A stretch of 58,436 bases of DNA. Origin: Guillardia theta CCMP2712. Lineage: Eukaryota > Protista > Cryptophyta. Both the position numbers and the translations under genes were made by a program. Location of the stretch: NCBI RefSeq assembly GCF_000315625.1, contig NW_005434620.1:1-58436 (forward strand), read 5' to 3'. The notes under the pieces are model-generated. The model ran no database searches, had not been told where the DNA came from, and saw only the letters and a program-made list of their open reading frames with translations. Shown in pieces: positions 37,144 to 52,100 of the stretch (within the stretch, counting starts at the first letter, position 1; the number at the start of each line of letters is the position of its first letter).

Positions 37144-40100
37144 TCAGGCGTTGTCTACGCCCACAGGTTCGACCTGTACGTTGTCACTCTCTGTTGACAA
37201 GGCCATTGCAATATCCTCAGCGAGGGCCTGGGACACAAAGATGTCACTGAATCTGAAAGTTGAGGGCGTATCAGTTACCTCATACATGCCAGCCTCCACC
37301 AGGCTCTTGAGGTACTCGACAGTTTCTTTATCTCTCTTCGGAAGACGTTCATCGGAGGGATTCCTACTCGTCAGAGCAACTTCGCTGAACTTGGATGGAA
37401 CTTCGTTACTCTGATAAGTTCGTCTCAGAATCAAACACTGAATTGCATGGCAGATCTTACCTCGGCTCTTCTAGACCTCGCTTCTACCAATTGAGCCCCA
37501 ACCGTACCATTGTATGAAAACAGGTCCACATCCGAGACCTCGATCGTGATTAGGAGAAGCAAATAATTCAATGGTTGTAAGTCAGCAGATTGAACGTCGA
37601 TGGATTGGAGTGCAGTGTCAACGATGGACAACATAGCATTCGCGGAACATGCGTCGACAGCACTGAGACATCCTGGCCTGGTCACCAGGACAGTTTTGTT
37701 GACCCTGGATGTCGCACCCAGGAGGTCTCTTATCTCGGCAATGAGGATCACGCTACAGTTCACGCGGCAGAGGATTGTTCCGACTCCCGGTACGCTAGTG
37801 AGCACACGGCTTGAGGGAAGAACGAAGTTGTCATGATGCGCCGAGGGCTGGTGCTCTCTTATCCTGATCTCCCCTATACGTCCGCCTACGTTGGTGGCAA
37901 AGGAATATGTGAGAGGAAGCAAGTCCGGATCCGTCGTCGTCCACAAGTTACAGTCGACGCTCCACCGATCTACCATGGCCGTTCCATTCATTGTTGAGAC
38001 CTCCAACGAGCCTCCTCGAGGTGAGTCGGCCGTTGTAAAATTGAGCCAAGTCGTGCTGTACCTCCCACTCGGCCACGAGGCAGACAAGCTGATTTTGTAC
38101 TGCGTTCGCGGCTGAAAGGCTTGTCCCTGTACCTCCAACACTCCAACAGCTGACACTGATCCTATGAGCGGAATCCTGCATAATGAGTCAGCATTTGCAT
38201 TCATCAGATCGTAAGAGCATACCGACTGGAGCCCGTGTCACACCACCATGCGTACTTCACCGAAGTGTCACTGGTTTGTGTAGCATTTAGAATAACGGGA
38301 AACCAAGCCAAAGAACTTATTTACCTTGTAAGGACATTGATATAAGTTGCAGAGTCAACCCGGAAAATGATTGGATTATTTGGCAATGGCTGGCTAATGA
38401 AGAGAGGTTCTAGTCCGATGGGGAAATTCCCTCCCTCTTCAATCTGTATGGAAAGGCAGCATCAGATGAAACAAATTGATGTTCAACTCTTTACCGCGGC
38501 TTCAAATTGAATGTGACTAGTCGAATATCCGCTGGCTCCATCCACATCCGTCACCTTTAATCCGATAATTATCAGGATAGGAAAGAAATAGCTAGCTCCG
38601 GCAGGATGAAATCGCTCAAAATCGGATTTCCTATCAGATATTGTACTGAAACCGGTGTTGAGGGTATCAAATACAGGTAGCCCTCCCGTGTTGGCCTGAT
38701 TCAAATTATACAAAAGTGTGCTTAATGTGCTTGATCGGCACTGAGTGATATAATCCTTCGAGTTCTTAAGATATGCATCTTTCAAGTATTGCTCAATCTG
38801 TAGATACATAGTTTCGCAATCGAGAAACCATTCAAATTTAAATCTCGGGTCATTCCGTCTCCAATCTGGATCCCAGCTGTCTGTTCCGTCAAGAATAATT
38901 CTGCTGTCCTGGAGAATTCTCCGGTTTCCACCTCTTATTCTGGAGACAGGTGCAATCTTGACTGGAACTATTTGGACCTGAGCAATAGATGCATATCGTT
39001 CAACAGAGTCTTCTTTGAAACCTGTCCATACACCAGCCTCGACTTGTATCGTGTAGTTTGCACCAATATCTAGTTGTCGGACAGTTTCCTCCAAGATTAT
39101 CACCACACTTGTCGTCACAATGCTCACTTGTTTAGTTAACAGGCTGTTTGAGGGTTGTCCGATTGTAGACCATTGTATATCAAGGACAGCAGAAGTTGTT
39201 CCATCCCATCCATAATCGTTTCTTGTATCTAAACAAGAGCAAAGCCTCCCAACGCACGGAGGCAAATACGCTTGCGCAGAAATCACGAGCGGGCCATTTC
39301 TACGTATTCGCCTGATGGGATCGCCCAAAATTTCCACTGTTGGTAGTTTGACATCCTCGCGCTGGACTGTCTTGGATATTGAAGCCACCTGCTCTTACGG
39401 TTAGCTTCTGCACAGTGAATGAGAGACAAATTATACCATTCCTAGGTAGTTAGTGACACTCACTGTGATTATGTAAATTTGTCCAGAGTCAAACTCTGGA
39501 TCGTCTGGAGAAACTTGTAACACGGAGTATTTCAAACCCTCTCCGGATGCTCTTCTTACAGCCTGCGTACCTCATCAGCACTTTCGAACACACAGAGATA
39601 TTTATGGATTGACCGTGATGTCGGGATTACTTGACCAAGTGAACAAAAGCCCCTTGCTACGTGACCCGCTGGCAAAGTCAACTTCTGCTTTGAGAAGTAA
39701 AGGATCGCAAGCTCCGAAAGTTGATTTGCCATGAAGGTTCACCCTTGGCTTTGCCTGCACGATAAGATTAAATCTAATACAAAGTGAGGCAAGAAACAGC
39801 ATCACCGCATAAGCGTAAGTCGTCTGAGACTGATCATAGAGTGGTCGAGGTGTTGTGGGCGGTTCCATCAGAATGTCTGAATCTGACGAATACGACGGTG
39901 CCCCGTGAGCGAAGACTACACCAGGTCGAATACGCATTGTAGCTGGAGGGTTGAATACAGGTAAGACCGTGGTTCCGAATCCGAAAGCAACGTGGAGAAC
40001 TGCTGGATTTAGCCATCTGCATAGAGCTCCCTCACCCAGCAAAGTCTTCAAATCCACCAGCGTTATCGAAACTAGGTAGTGTGAACAACTGGTGGAGAGC

Positions 40101-43100
40101 CAAGGCAGAGGTCTGTTATTGCAGTCATCTTCAAAATCATCGGATCGACTTCCTGGCCGTGCCTTATACGGTCTTCCTTGATTTGTTCTTGTCGCACTCC
40201 ATACAGTGCTACTGTCTCGCTTTCCGAAGGTTATTGTCATTCCAGCTCCATCACCATCTATCCAGGCGCAAGCTTTCTTATTCGGGTTGAAAGGCACGAC
40301 TATAGGCTGAGGCTGAATTGAAAGGACAGAATGTTTGGATGAAGTTGAACTTCTTTGACCAGAAACTTCTACCACAACCTTCTCAGCGCTGCACCCTATT
40401 GCCCCTGAAACTAATTTTGGCCAGGTACACGTGATCTGAGTCCCTCCCGACCTGATGGCAGTATTTTCACATACCCGCGTACCGACATACACAGTCGCAA
40501 GGGACTGCTTCGAGAGCATCGTGGATCCCTCAAGCGGTATGGGGACCCCGAAATTATCACCTTCAATATACAAGATTCTATTGACAGTGACATCTCCCTC
40601 TGAAGGAGACGTAGTGTAAGCCAGAGATTCCACCACCGCGAGGTTCCCGCAATTCTCTTGGGCACAGTCATCGTTGCTGCTGACTGAGTAGATTCTCGGT
40701 CTCGAGTACGAGAAACCATTTGACAGATAGGAAGTTTGATCACTATCAGCTACAGTCACCGATATAGCATTACCATCCCCAGCAGGAACGATACAGAGTA
40801 CTTGATCGTCACGAACATGAGCATTACCACAGCCTACACACAGAGAGGATCGAGGAAGCTTGCACTCAATTCTACCAAGGGTCGAGTCTTGGGTCCACAA
40901 GGTGCTCGAAACAGCAATTCTGATGAGGTCTGCAAAGAATCCAAAGTTTGCACCTTCGATAGTCAAAGTCCAACCCCCTCGAGTGTTGCCATGTGCAGAA
41001 TTACCAGTATTTGTCTTGGTGTACAAAAGAATCGGCATTGAATACGAAAACTGGAATTCCTTTACTACCGGTGGATCACCGTAGGAATATGGGGAAATCT
41101 GCACACCCGTTGTGAAGGTGATGGAATGTGCCGAGCCAACTCCACTTGCAAGCAGACATGAAGCTGAAGTGGAACTAGTCCACATTGTAGTTTCACAATT
41201 TGTCCCACCAAATCTCGCTCGGGTTGTTGAGTCATACTGGGCGAAGTCCATTCCGATCACAGTGACGATGCTCAGTCCAGTGGCTGGGCGGCTTTCCGGC
41301 TTGACGCCTGTATCTAATGGAGAATCGAAAGACACGGCCTTGGAGAGCGTACTTGGAGTCCTGGAACCACTGGTCAGAAGTACTGATCTCAAATTCTTGA
41401 TTCCATGAGAGCTTTTGATTGTAATAAAGGTATCGCTTAACCACTTTGAAGCCTCCGATGCAGTAAATTCCGTACTTCTACCTGAATTACTGCAGTCCGC
41501 AGTCGACAGCGATACACAAGATAATTCGATTACAGTTGAACCTGTAGAAGGCTTGTTTTTACCAGCGATTGCAGCCAAAGTTTCTGATGAGTCATAGGAA
41601 GTCAATTCTGAAGTACTTCCAGCCGCTTGTATCATGCTGAGTACTATTATGGAACTTTTCCCCACACCAGCGGGTAACACACAAGTTAGGGCAGTCGTGG
41701 AACTCCACGATGTCTTGGCAAAAGAGGTGACTGCAAGCAGCCCTCTTGGCGAGAAGTCGTTGGCGGCGAGGTTGAGAGCGGATATCAAATGACTTCGCAT
41801 AGGTTTGGATTGCGATGGCGGTTCGTTCGAGCCGAAAGTCTTGAAAATCATTTGGTTGCCTTCTGATGCACAGAGTGAGATTCCAGTGAATTGATACGCG
41901 CATACTTGATCGCTATTTAAGGGCATCTGGTTGCAAAGGCTGATGTTTACAGAAAGTTCACACAAAGTCACTAATGTTGGCACTGCAGTCTGCGTCTTTG
42001 ACAAACATTCAACCTTGCCTAATGAAATCCATCGCATTTGAGAGCAATACGTGTCTGACAAATACAATTCCAACTGCGCAATATTCTGAATGGACGATTC
42101 AAAGTTCAAGATGAAGGGAGATTGGCATTCCACATCGAATTGTTCATTCGTAGAATTAGGTGAAGAAGTAGGAGCCATTCTCACCTTGACACTGCTGCAT
42201 GGAAATCCATTCAAAAATCCATACAAATATTTTGATGCTTGAGGCTGCACTAATGTATTGTTCAGGGAAGGTGGCGAAGTGAGAACAGAAACTATGCTTG
42301 AAAGGTTTGAGCATCGACTACGAACAACAAAGAACAAGACTGGTTTTGGCATGATTTGAATGGCAGAAAATTTCAATACATCGAATGATACTAATTCGGT
42401 GACGGTTCCAGTCGCACTTGCGGCGGTGAGCATAACCTATATTGTAGAACGATGTCAGAGATAGCAAAAAGAATGGCAAAATACAAACCTTGGAAGACTG
42501 GCCCGTCCCCGATGCTGCTATTGCGAGTACTGCAGTGTCTGCAACCCACAATGTCCTGAGAGAATCTGTCTGTCCAGCACGCACACGTTGTGTATGATCA
42601 AGTTTTCCCATGTTCTTCCCGACCAAGATCGCACGGCTTTTGACATTTTCAAAATTTGTATTGAAGCTGACTGGTCTCGAAACGTTTTCTGTCACACAAG
42701 GCATTGTACCTGTATAATTTGTTGATAGCCCACAAGGATTTGATTGGATTCTATTCACTTCTGGGTTATCGTAAGACAAAATTTCCGAAGAAGAGCCAAG
42801 ATTCAGAAGCAATGTGATTCGAGCTTGCATGGAATTCGCAAAGCCTGCGGAAACCTGCCAAAGAAGTCATCAGCATCATGTCTCAAAATGACAATTAAAG
42901 TACCTTGCACATAATCGTTGTCTGAGATTGCCAAGTTGTCGTCTGGCTGTTTGAAACATGTGATCGAATTGCTGCACTCATTGAAGTGTGTGCAAAATTG
43001 CTCCCATGAACAGAGATTCTAGAAGATCCAGTGAAGGGAAAATTGACTTTGGTAAAGTTGCTATGGATCTGGGGTTTGACGAAAGAGATCGTTTCAGTAC

Positions 43101-46100
43101 CAGTCCCCGCAATGAGATTCACTGTGACTTCAAGTTTGCAGGAACGACTTGCACCGGATGAGCTCTTTGCGTGAATGCTGGAGTCGCTTGTCCATACAGA
43201 GACTTCTGCACTTGTGTCGGATGTTCGCATTGCCAAGGATGAATGAGAAAATCCAATGCTCACTCCTTCCAAGTGCAGCATGACAGATCCTGTGCCGGGA
43301 TAATTTTGCCTGTCCACAGACGATACATAAACAGAATCATAGGACCAAATTTTGCTTATTGAGCTCACTTTCTGATGGATTGTCAAGATCATCATTAAAC
43401 TCTGCCCTTTCTGGATCTTACCGGCCTCTCTACAACTCAGAGTTGAAAAGCTAGTCCAGATGGTTTGCTCACAAGCTGTGAATGCTCTTGCACTTAAAGT
43501 TTTGGTACTGAAGCCATAATTTGTGCCAAAGATGGTGGCATCTTTAGATGGCAAGAAAACTCTACGATTGTAGGACTCCATGCCTGATAACTTAGGGACA
43601 TCAAAGGATACTGAGTTACTTCCACTTCCAAGCTGCAATGATACCGTCAATGAAAAAATAGATGTGAAATACTCCAAAGGTCCTTGCTTGCAGACAATCA
43701 AGGTATCACTTTGCCATAAACTTCGTTCACATGCAGTCAAAGCCGATCTGGCATTCGACGTGAAATCATTGAGACCTACATTAGAAGATCTGAATGCTAT
43801 GGGTAATGAGTCGATTGGAGCTCGATTCATATCCAGGTTGATCATATACTGACGAAGGAATGCTGGTTTATCAAAGGAGAACAGCACTGTCGTAGTTTCT
43901 ACGTGATGGTTTTGCGTAAGTTTTACAGTTTGACTTCGAGCCTCACCTCCTGAAAATTTGCTTTGCAAGGAAGTGTCACTGGACCATAGCGTTGCATCAG
44001 AAATTGTTTTCTGTACAGAAAATGCCAATGTATATCCAGAAGAACCAAATCCAAGTCCCATCAGCGTTACTTTGGTCGCCCCTACTGGTTGCAAATTAGC
44101 TCTCTTGGATGTGCTGATGACATGTGCATCGTAGCTAATTAAGTCGCTTGCACTCGCAATGATGCAAAGAATACTCACGACAACTTTCTGGTTCACTTCT
44201 TTCAAAAAGAATACTCCACTTGCAATGTGAGCAGTTATACTGGAAGATGAAACCCAAGCACTCCTTTCAAATGCTGTTTGTCCAGAGCGTACAGCGATGG
44301 ATAAGGACTGCGATGGTATGATGCCTGGTATGAGCATGATCTTATTTGAGCCTGTCGAAGGTATGTTATGGTCTTGAGCTGAACTCAAGATGATTTGGTC
44401 GTATGATACCATTTCACTTGATGAACCAACTAAAACAGCGAAGGTAATTTGAGCTGCGGATGAGGAAGATGATCCAAACGAGAATTTACACGCCACAGAT
44501 GAGTCAGATTGCCATCGTGTATTCAACAATTTAGATCCACTGATTCTTGCAGAGGCTGAATTGAAGAGTTCGCTGTTCATTGCAAAGTACAAGTACATTG
44601 GGCTTTCCAGGAACATGTTAGTGCCCATGACTCCTGTTATAGGACTCGTATCGTATGAGATAGTGTTGGAAAGAGTTTGCGACACAGAATTGATCGAAAA
44701 TATTACAGATCGACTTTTTTCTTGACCGCTGGGAAATTTCACCACGATGCTGCTATCGCTGTTCCACAGTGAGCTGGAAGATTGTGTTGATGAGATCCGC
44801 ACGCTACTGGTATGGATTCTGGTTTCGATCTGTTTCTGGCCGATCACAATTATAAACATTGTTGTTGATAGCTTTGCCGAATTCAGTAAGGAGTCAGGAG
44901 GTATGCTTCTGTTCTGAAGCTTGACTTGCAAAGATGGATGATCAAAGGTCAAAATTTGAGATATTGTGGAAACTATCACACCGATTGACACGCTTACTTT
45001 CTGGGATGACTGTACACAAGTAGCAGGTTTCACGACAATTGACGAATCGGATATCCAGCGTGAAAATTCAGATGAAGTTTTTAAGGAAACTCTAGGGGAA
45101 AAGGATACGGTAGAAAAATCTGAACCATGCAAAGATATATACCCACTCGGACGAAGTCCATTTCCCGGATTGGGCGTACTTAGTGTCGGAGAATCATATG
45201 AGGAAGCTTGTGAAATTGAATTGATCATGGAATTCAATGTTAACAATAGAGCATGTTGTGTCCCACTTAAGCCAGTTACAGCCAATGATCTCAAACTTGA
45301 GTCACTGTACCATATCGTGGAAATGGCGTTGCTGTATCCAAACCTTGTAGACGGAGAATAAAGGGCACTTCGCACTAAAGCATATCCACCAAGGTAAAAC
45401 GCGTCATGGCCAGATGATTTAACATTGCTCTGAGAAGTGGTAGAAATTGTGTGTAAATCAAAAGTAAAAGTACTGAAGATCGAGCTAACTCTATTCAGAG
45501 TTGTAATAACAAGAGATGAATCAGGCTTTAGCGAACTTGTGCTCCAGTGTGAAGTGAGACATAAAATCTGAACAGTTGAAATCCAGACCGTGGATAACAA
45601 GCTAGTGCCAACAATCCTACCACTGATTGAAAGCTTCCATGTAGAATTTTTATCGAAACCAAACACAATTAATGATGTCCCAGAGTCCTTTGATTGGATA
45701 TTTGACGGTTTCGATTTCGACAACTCCACAATGTCGAAAGAGATCATACCAGAGCAGGTCCCCGTCTGTATTGCAGTCGTGATTGTGATCTTTTCAGAAG
45801 CTTGAAAATACCCAGTGAACAACGAAAGCAGCGAAGTCTCAGAAAACCAACTGGTAAATTCTGAATGCGTTTTCCCAATACGTGCTTGACTCGTCAGATC
45901 GTTTCTTGCTGCATTGAAGACGCTGAGATGTATCCTCGTGTTCGACCCTGTGATATGATTATATGGTGCCACTGAACTGGCTGTACTTGACTCATATGAA
46001 AATATATCTGTTCTAGTTGACACTAGGACACTTAATGTCACAGCCACAGCGTGAGATCGGGCTGCGCCTGAACTGACCATGCAGAATATTTGAGAGTCAG

Positions 46101-49100
46101 ACATCCAGTTGGACTGTTTGCAGCTTGTACTCGCCAGTCTGATTGTTAAACAATGTGTCGAAATGCCAAAGTTAAAACCTTCAAGTCCAATGAGAAGATT
46201 GCTTTTGTTTTGATGCAAAGAAACTACAGCAGCTTGGTCATACGAAAATATGGTAGTGGTTGTACATCTTCTCTCAGTCGCAGTCAAGCTCGCTCGCACC
46301 AGGTGCCCAACTCCAGAGCTGAGTTTCAAGCATGACATTACGGTGTCTGATGACCAAACACTTTCTTCACAAGAGGTAAAACCGACTCTCAGCTGATGAC
46401 TGAAATCATTCAATGAATAACTTAAACCGGTGGCCACAAAAGGAATAATGGACTGTGTAACTTTAGAGTTGTGACTTGTTTCATGGATGGTCTGGACATC
46501 ATATGTAAAGACAAGTGAAATTGTTGAAGACGATGAAACATGAGTCAGAGTCAACGCCTTGGATCTATCGATACCATCACTAAACTTGCAAATTATTTGC
46601 GTTGCTGAATTCCAAGCTGTGTATTCTGATGAGGTCCCTCCCATACTGACAAAATGTTAGAGTAAAGAAAAAGATTGACTTTGACTCACCTCATGGAAAT
46701 TGATGGAAGGCCAGACTTGTTGGAGGACTGAACAGTGAACACTTTCACAACTTTATCTGATGTGCTTTGAGGAGGTTGATTGACAGGAATCAATCGATTG
46801 TTGAGTTGAATTAGGTCTGCAGAAATACTATCTGACAAGGTACTGATACTGGACATGACAGTTACCAGAAGAGATTTTGATTTTCCCTCGGAAAATGCAA
46901 AGCTACATGTCACTGCTGTTTCAGCTATCCATAGTGTTTCTGTCATGACAGTCCCTGCTACCTGAACTTTGAGAGTGAAATCATTTGTTCCAAGGTTCCG
47001 ACCTTGCACAATTTCAAATGAGCTCTCTTGATGAATATTTTGAGCCTTGACTGCAGACGCAAAGCCAGCGTCATAAACAATCGCCCTTGTCTGAGTCCCT
47101 GTCACAATTCCTGCTGTCAACACAATAGTTTTCTCCCCCCCAGAGCCACTGCATGATCTAGCAATTATAGCGCTAGAAGAATACCACGTCGTGGACTCTT
47201 GCGAAGTTCCTATCATACGGACTCCCACGGAGTTATCAGACAAGCCAAGTCTACTACCTGTAAGCATCAAAAATGTTGAACCGGTCCCAACAAGGTTTTG
47301 AGTTCCATTTACGATTGTATACAAAGACGGCGGTAAATATGATATTGCTTGCGACAACGTACTGTTTTGCATGGAGACTGTAAGGATTATGCTGATTGAA
47401 GCCCCATGATATGCATAGGTTACGCCGAGGACAGCTGTGTCTGACTGCCACACTGTTTGAGAAGCAGCGGTGTCACTTCGGATAGCAAGCGAATAATCGT
47501 ATACTCCAAAAGAATTCCCATCAACGAATACAGTCATCCAGTCACCAATGGAGGTGTTTACTTGAATTCCAGTAGCTGTGCTCAATTGAGGTGCATCAAA
47601 TGAGAAATACATTGTGGTCAACCCAGTCATTCCTCCAAAGACCATGGTCATGTTGATATAATGCGATACTCCAGGTTCTGATTTACAATATACCAATGAC
47701 TCACTTACCCATTGCACAGAACCTTGTTTCGTTGAGCTGAAATAGACGTTTCCACTGTAATCTGAACTGCCAAAATTCGAGCCAAAAATTGTTGTCGTGC
47801 CTACTCGTATAGATCGAAGGTTTGATGGTGAAACTGAGCTGCTTGATGGCGAGTCATAGTAAAAAGCAGTGGATTGAGTGATGGAGTTGTTCTTGACATC
47901 CTCAATCCTCACATTGAGATTGAGCTCCTTCCCAACCCCTTTTGCAAGCAAACAGGTCAGACTTGTGTCACTTGTCCACGTCGTACTAGTACATAATGTG
48001 TACCCTACTCTGCCCAAAATTACTTTGGGGCGAGTTGACTGAAATCCGAGGCCAGTGATACTCAGATTTACGTTGCCAGAGGTCGGGCCATTGGTATCCA
48101 GGAGAAGGATTGGAACCCAACTTTCCTCGCAGGTATCATTGGTGTTGCACGACAACCATGTCACATCAAGCCTTTCTGCCTGAGTTATGTTTACCGGAAC
48201 CTTACATACCATTGTAGACTCACTGATCCATTTGTTTGCATCACAGTAAATATTTCCAATTCTAATGATTGGAGAATAGTCTGCAGAACCAAAGCCTGCT
48301 CCAAGTACTGTCACTGAAACGTTGCCGGAAACTTTCCCGTCAGTTGTATTTACAGATTGTATTTTTCTGAAGTAGGTGAAGGCCGTGTTTTTGGATCCTA
48401 CCAAGACACCAACAGTGATTACGAATCCTCGTGCAACACCTAGACCATTTGCAGTAGCACAAACAATTTGTGTATCTGACTTCCAGATGGTGCTTGAACA
48501 AGAGCTTTGACCCATCCTGGATCTAAGCGTGGTCATCGTTCTAGCGAAGGATTTGCCCAGGCCGTTGAGCACTGTTCTATTCTTGCCACAATAAAATTCT
48601 GTGCAAGAAGGGTTCATTGATTCAAGATAATCAATCGAGTCCGGAATAGGAGCCTGATAACTCACCAGTTCATTGAATGTCTGTACCAAATTGCCAATGG
48701 ATATGATGACCTTCTGAGATGCACTTGCTCCTGAAGGGCACTTTACAGCAACACTTGTTGAACTCGTCCATCGCGTTGCTTCTGATCCTGTTGAGCTCAA
48801 TCGTAGCTTAGTAGTCAGAATGTGTCCTTGATACGGATCTGCAATGGCAACTGCCTTGTCAAGGGATGAAGCACCTGTTGTAGCCAGTATGGATGGTCTG
48901 AGGCTCTTTTGAGAAGATATCAAATCATATGAAATTGTATCCGTTATTGTTCCTATGGACAAACGGAATCCAGACGCTACATTTGGCCACATTTGTTCAA
49001 TGTATCCTTGAGATCCAGCCGTAATAAGAAGTCTTTGAGACCCGGCAAATCTCAACAGCGCATGGCAACTCACAACGGAGTCTGACTGCCAGATAGTCTC

Positions 49101-52100
49101 TTCACATACACTTGATCCAACTCTTGCAGCCACGCTTCCATCATCAGCTCCAAATGATGTACCCGTTACAGTTGCATGGTTCGAATTGATGCCAATGTTG
49201 CATTTACCCACAGAAGAGATGCTTGGTGAGGAATACGAGAAAGCTTGACTGAGCCTGTTTACATAGTATTCTGGCGGCTGAAAGAAAGCAAGTCAGTTGA
49301 TTGTATGAAAAAGATCAAATCTAGCAAACATTTACCTGCAAGTCAACGACGATATCAAGCATTTTCCGATAAACACTGCCTGGAGGTAACCTGAATATGA
49401 TTGAGCTATCAGAATACCACTTAGTCTTTGTCGCATTGGTCATGCCAATCGTAATGAAAGAGGATTTTTCCATCATTCCAAATCCACTGCCAAGTACAGC
49501 ATAATTTGCATTCGTATTGATTGTAGGTCCATTAGAATAGCTCACACCATCTTCTCCTCGAATCTTGCCTGGGTAAGGCCAATCACCATCAAAGGAAAAT
49601 GCTTTGGTCAGAGATCCACGAAGATTGACGGCGACAGTCAATTCAACAGCTTTAAATTTGAAGGTTCCCCAAGCTATTCTTGCTCTCAAGGATGTTGTTG
49701 ACAACCAATCAGTGCTCAATGTTGCAGTGGGGTGAACTCTTAACCTGATTGTCAGATCAGAGTTCCCTCCAAAGTTCGAACCATGCATGGTGCCCACATT
49801 CGAAACAGAGGGCAGATTCTGCCTCGACATTGTGGAGAGTGTGATCGTGTCGAAGGTGACAGCGTTAGAGAGTGATTGCCACTGATCGAAAACTGTCACA
49901 ACTATACTTGCTACGCCGGGACGAATTGGCCCACTTGCAGTTCGAGCAACAATATATGTGTCACTTTGCCATTCCGACTGTTCTGAAGCAGTGAGTCCAC
50001 AGATTCGTACAGATGCACTGGAATCAGAAGATCCAAATTGTTCTCCAGAAACTACAAATAAAATGCTGCTTGTAGACGGAACATTTAAACCAGGCATGAG
50101 TTCTTTGTCTTGTTGTAAGCCAATCATGGCTATAGCCTGATAATCGTAGGAGAACCATTCCAATGCTGTCCTAACCATTGAGCTGGAGACAACTAAAACT
50201 TGGGAATATCCGATTCCTGCTGCAGGTTTCACAAAGATTGCACTTTCAGAATACCACTTCGTAGACTCTGCTGTAGTCACACCGAGCTTAAGATGTAAAG
50301 AAGAATACATTGCACGATACACAGAGCTAGTAGGAAACGCAACAAAGCCGGGGAATCGGGCAATTGCCGAAAAATTCATCGTCATTTGTGCTCTTGGAAA
50401 ATTCATTCTGGCTCTGGACAAAGGTTGGAGTTGTATCATATCGTAAGATAATGCCTCTGACAACGTCCCCGATGGGTTTAAGATCGCTGAAGACGTTATT
50501 CTAATGATCTTGGATCGCATTTGGCCTGATGGAGTCTTAAGAAGGAGAGTCGAATCACTGGACCAAACAGTACTTTCGACAGCAGTCAACCCAACATTCC
50601 CCTTTAGAATGGAATATTCGTTTGTACCAAATGATCTCCCTACTATCGTTGTGCCCTTGATGATGAGACGCATCGCAAGTTGCATGTCATCCATACCCTG
50701 ATTGCAAGAAGGGACTGAGCTGACAACAGCCGAGTCAAGGGAAATCATGTCGGTAACACTACCTCCAACCTGGACGGAGGTTGTTAAGGCCATTGACCTA
50801 AATTTTCCTGATCGAGGAATGCCAGACGGAGCATTACCACGAACCGCACTTTCACTTTCCCAAGAGGTTTGTTCGCTGGAGGTGCTCAGAAATCGTGTAG
50901 TGACGCTGGAAAGATGTCCAAAGTTGACTCCAACATATTCTAGAGTTGCACTACTCTCCACTGACGCTTTTACCAGAATGTTTCCAAAATATAGAGGAAG
51001 AGGTCTCCTTGACGTGTTCAAGGACGAAAAGTTATTAGAGGTCAGCAGCAAAATTGGCGCATCAAAAGTCAAAGCAGCACTAATGGTGGACAGTTTCCCA
51101 GGGAACATCGAGATCTGCAGTGCAGCACTCCTTGCGATGGACGATGCTGCCAGACCTTTCAGTGTAGAATCAGATAGCCATTGTGCCTTGACACTAGAAG
51201 TTGATCCAACTTGCACTGCTGCCGTGTATCTACCATAACCGGACCTCGGGCTGCTCAAAAGAATCCACAGGTTTTGTGTAGGCTTGGTCGGCACGGCATT
51301 TGATTGTGGTACTTGACTTATGTCAGGCAATGAGTAAGTAGCCATGTTTGTGATCGATCCAACTTGATCGCAAATTGTCAACACACTTTTCATACTCATC
51401 TTCTCACCATTCGATACACGTGTCTGAACACTGGTATAGCTTAACCATTCACTTGCCTCGCAAGCAGAAAAACCAATTCTTGCACGCAATGAGGAGTCGT
51501 GATTCAAGATTGCATCAGCAAACAAAGTCAACTCAGCTTTTACATGCTTACCAGTGTTCATCCGAGCGCTCAACAGTATGGGCCTGGCATCGTAACTGAA
51601 CGAATCACAGATCGTTGCCGCGATTGAGAATTTGGAGGTGTTAGTCGCTCCTATTGTCATAGCGATGTGTAATGATCTTCCATTGCCTGCTGCAGGAGCG
51701 CAGAAAACCGCAGACGTGGAAATCCAGCGAGAATCTTCAGAACTCGACCTACCTATCCTCACTTTAGACGAGTATTCGCTCAAACCTAGATTAATCCCAA
51801 GGATTTCCACCTTGTTCGGAGCTCCTCGGATGGAATTTGTCGGATGTGATGGATGCAAAATTGGCCAAAGATCATAACTGAAGCTTTGGGATAGTGAAGT
51901 GACAGATTGCACTAGAGTCAGCTTAACAGTGCAGTCATCAGTCAACCCCCTCGAAGGTTTGCATACCACGATCGAGTCCGAATTCCAGATTGAAGATGAA
52001 CAAGCAATTACTGCTAAACTGAATTGCTGACGGCAGAAAGGTGGCACACAACCACCGACAGAAATTTTGCTTGAAAAGTCATTCACTCCCAGCTCAACAC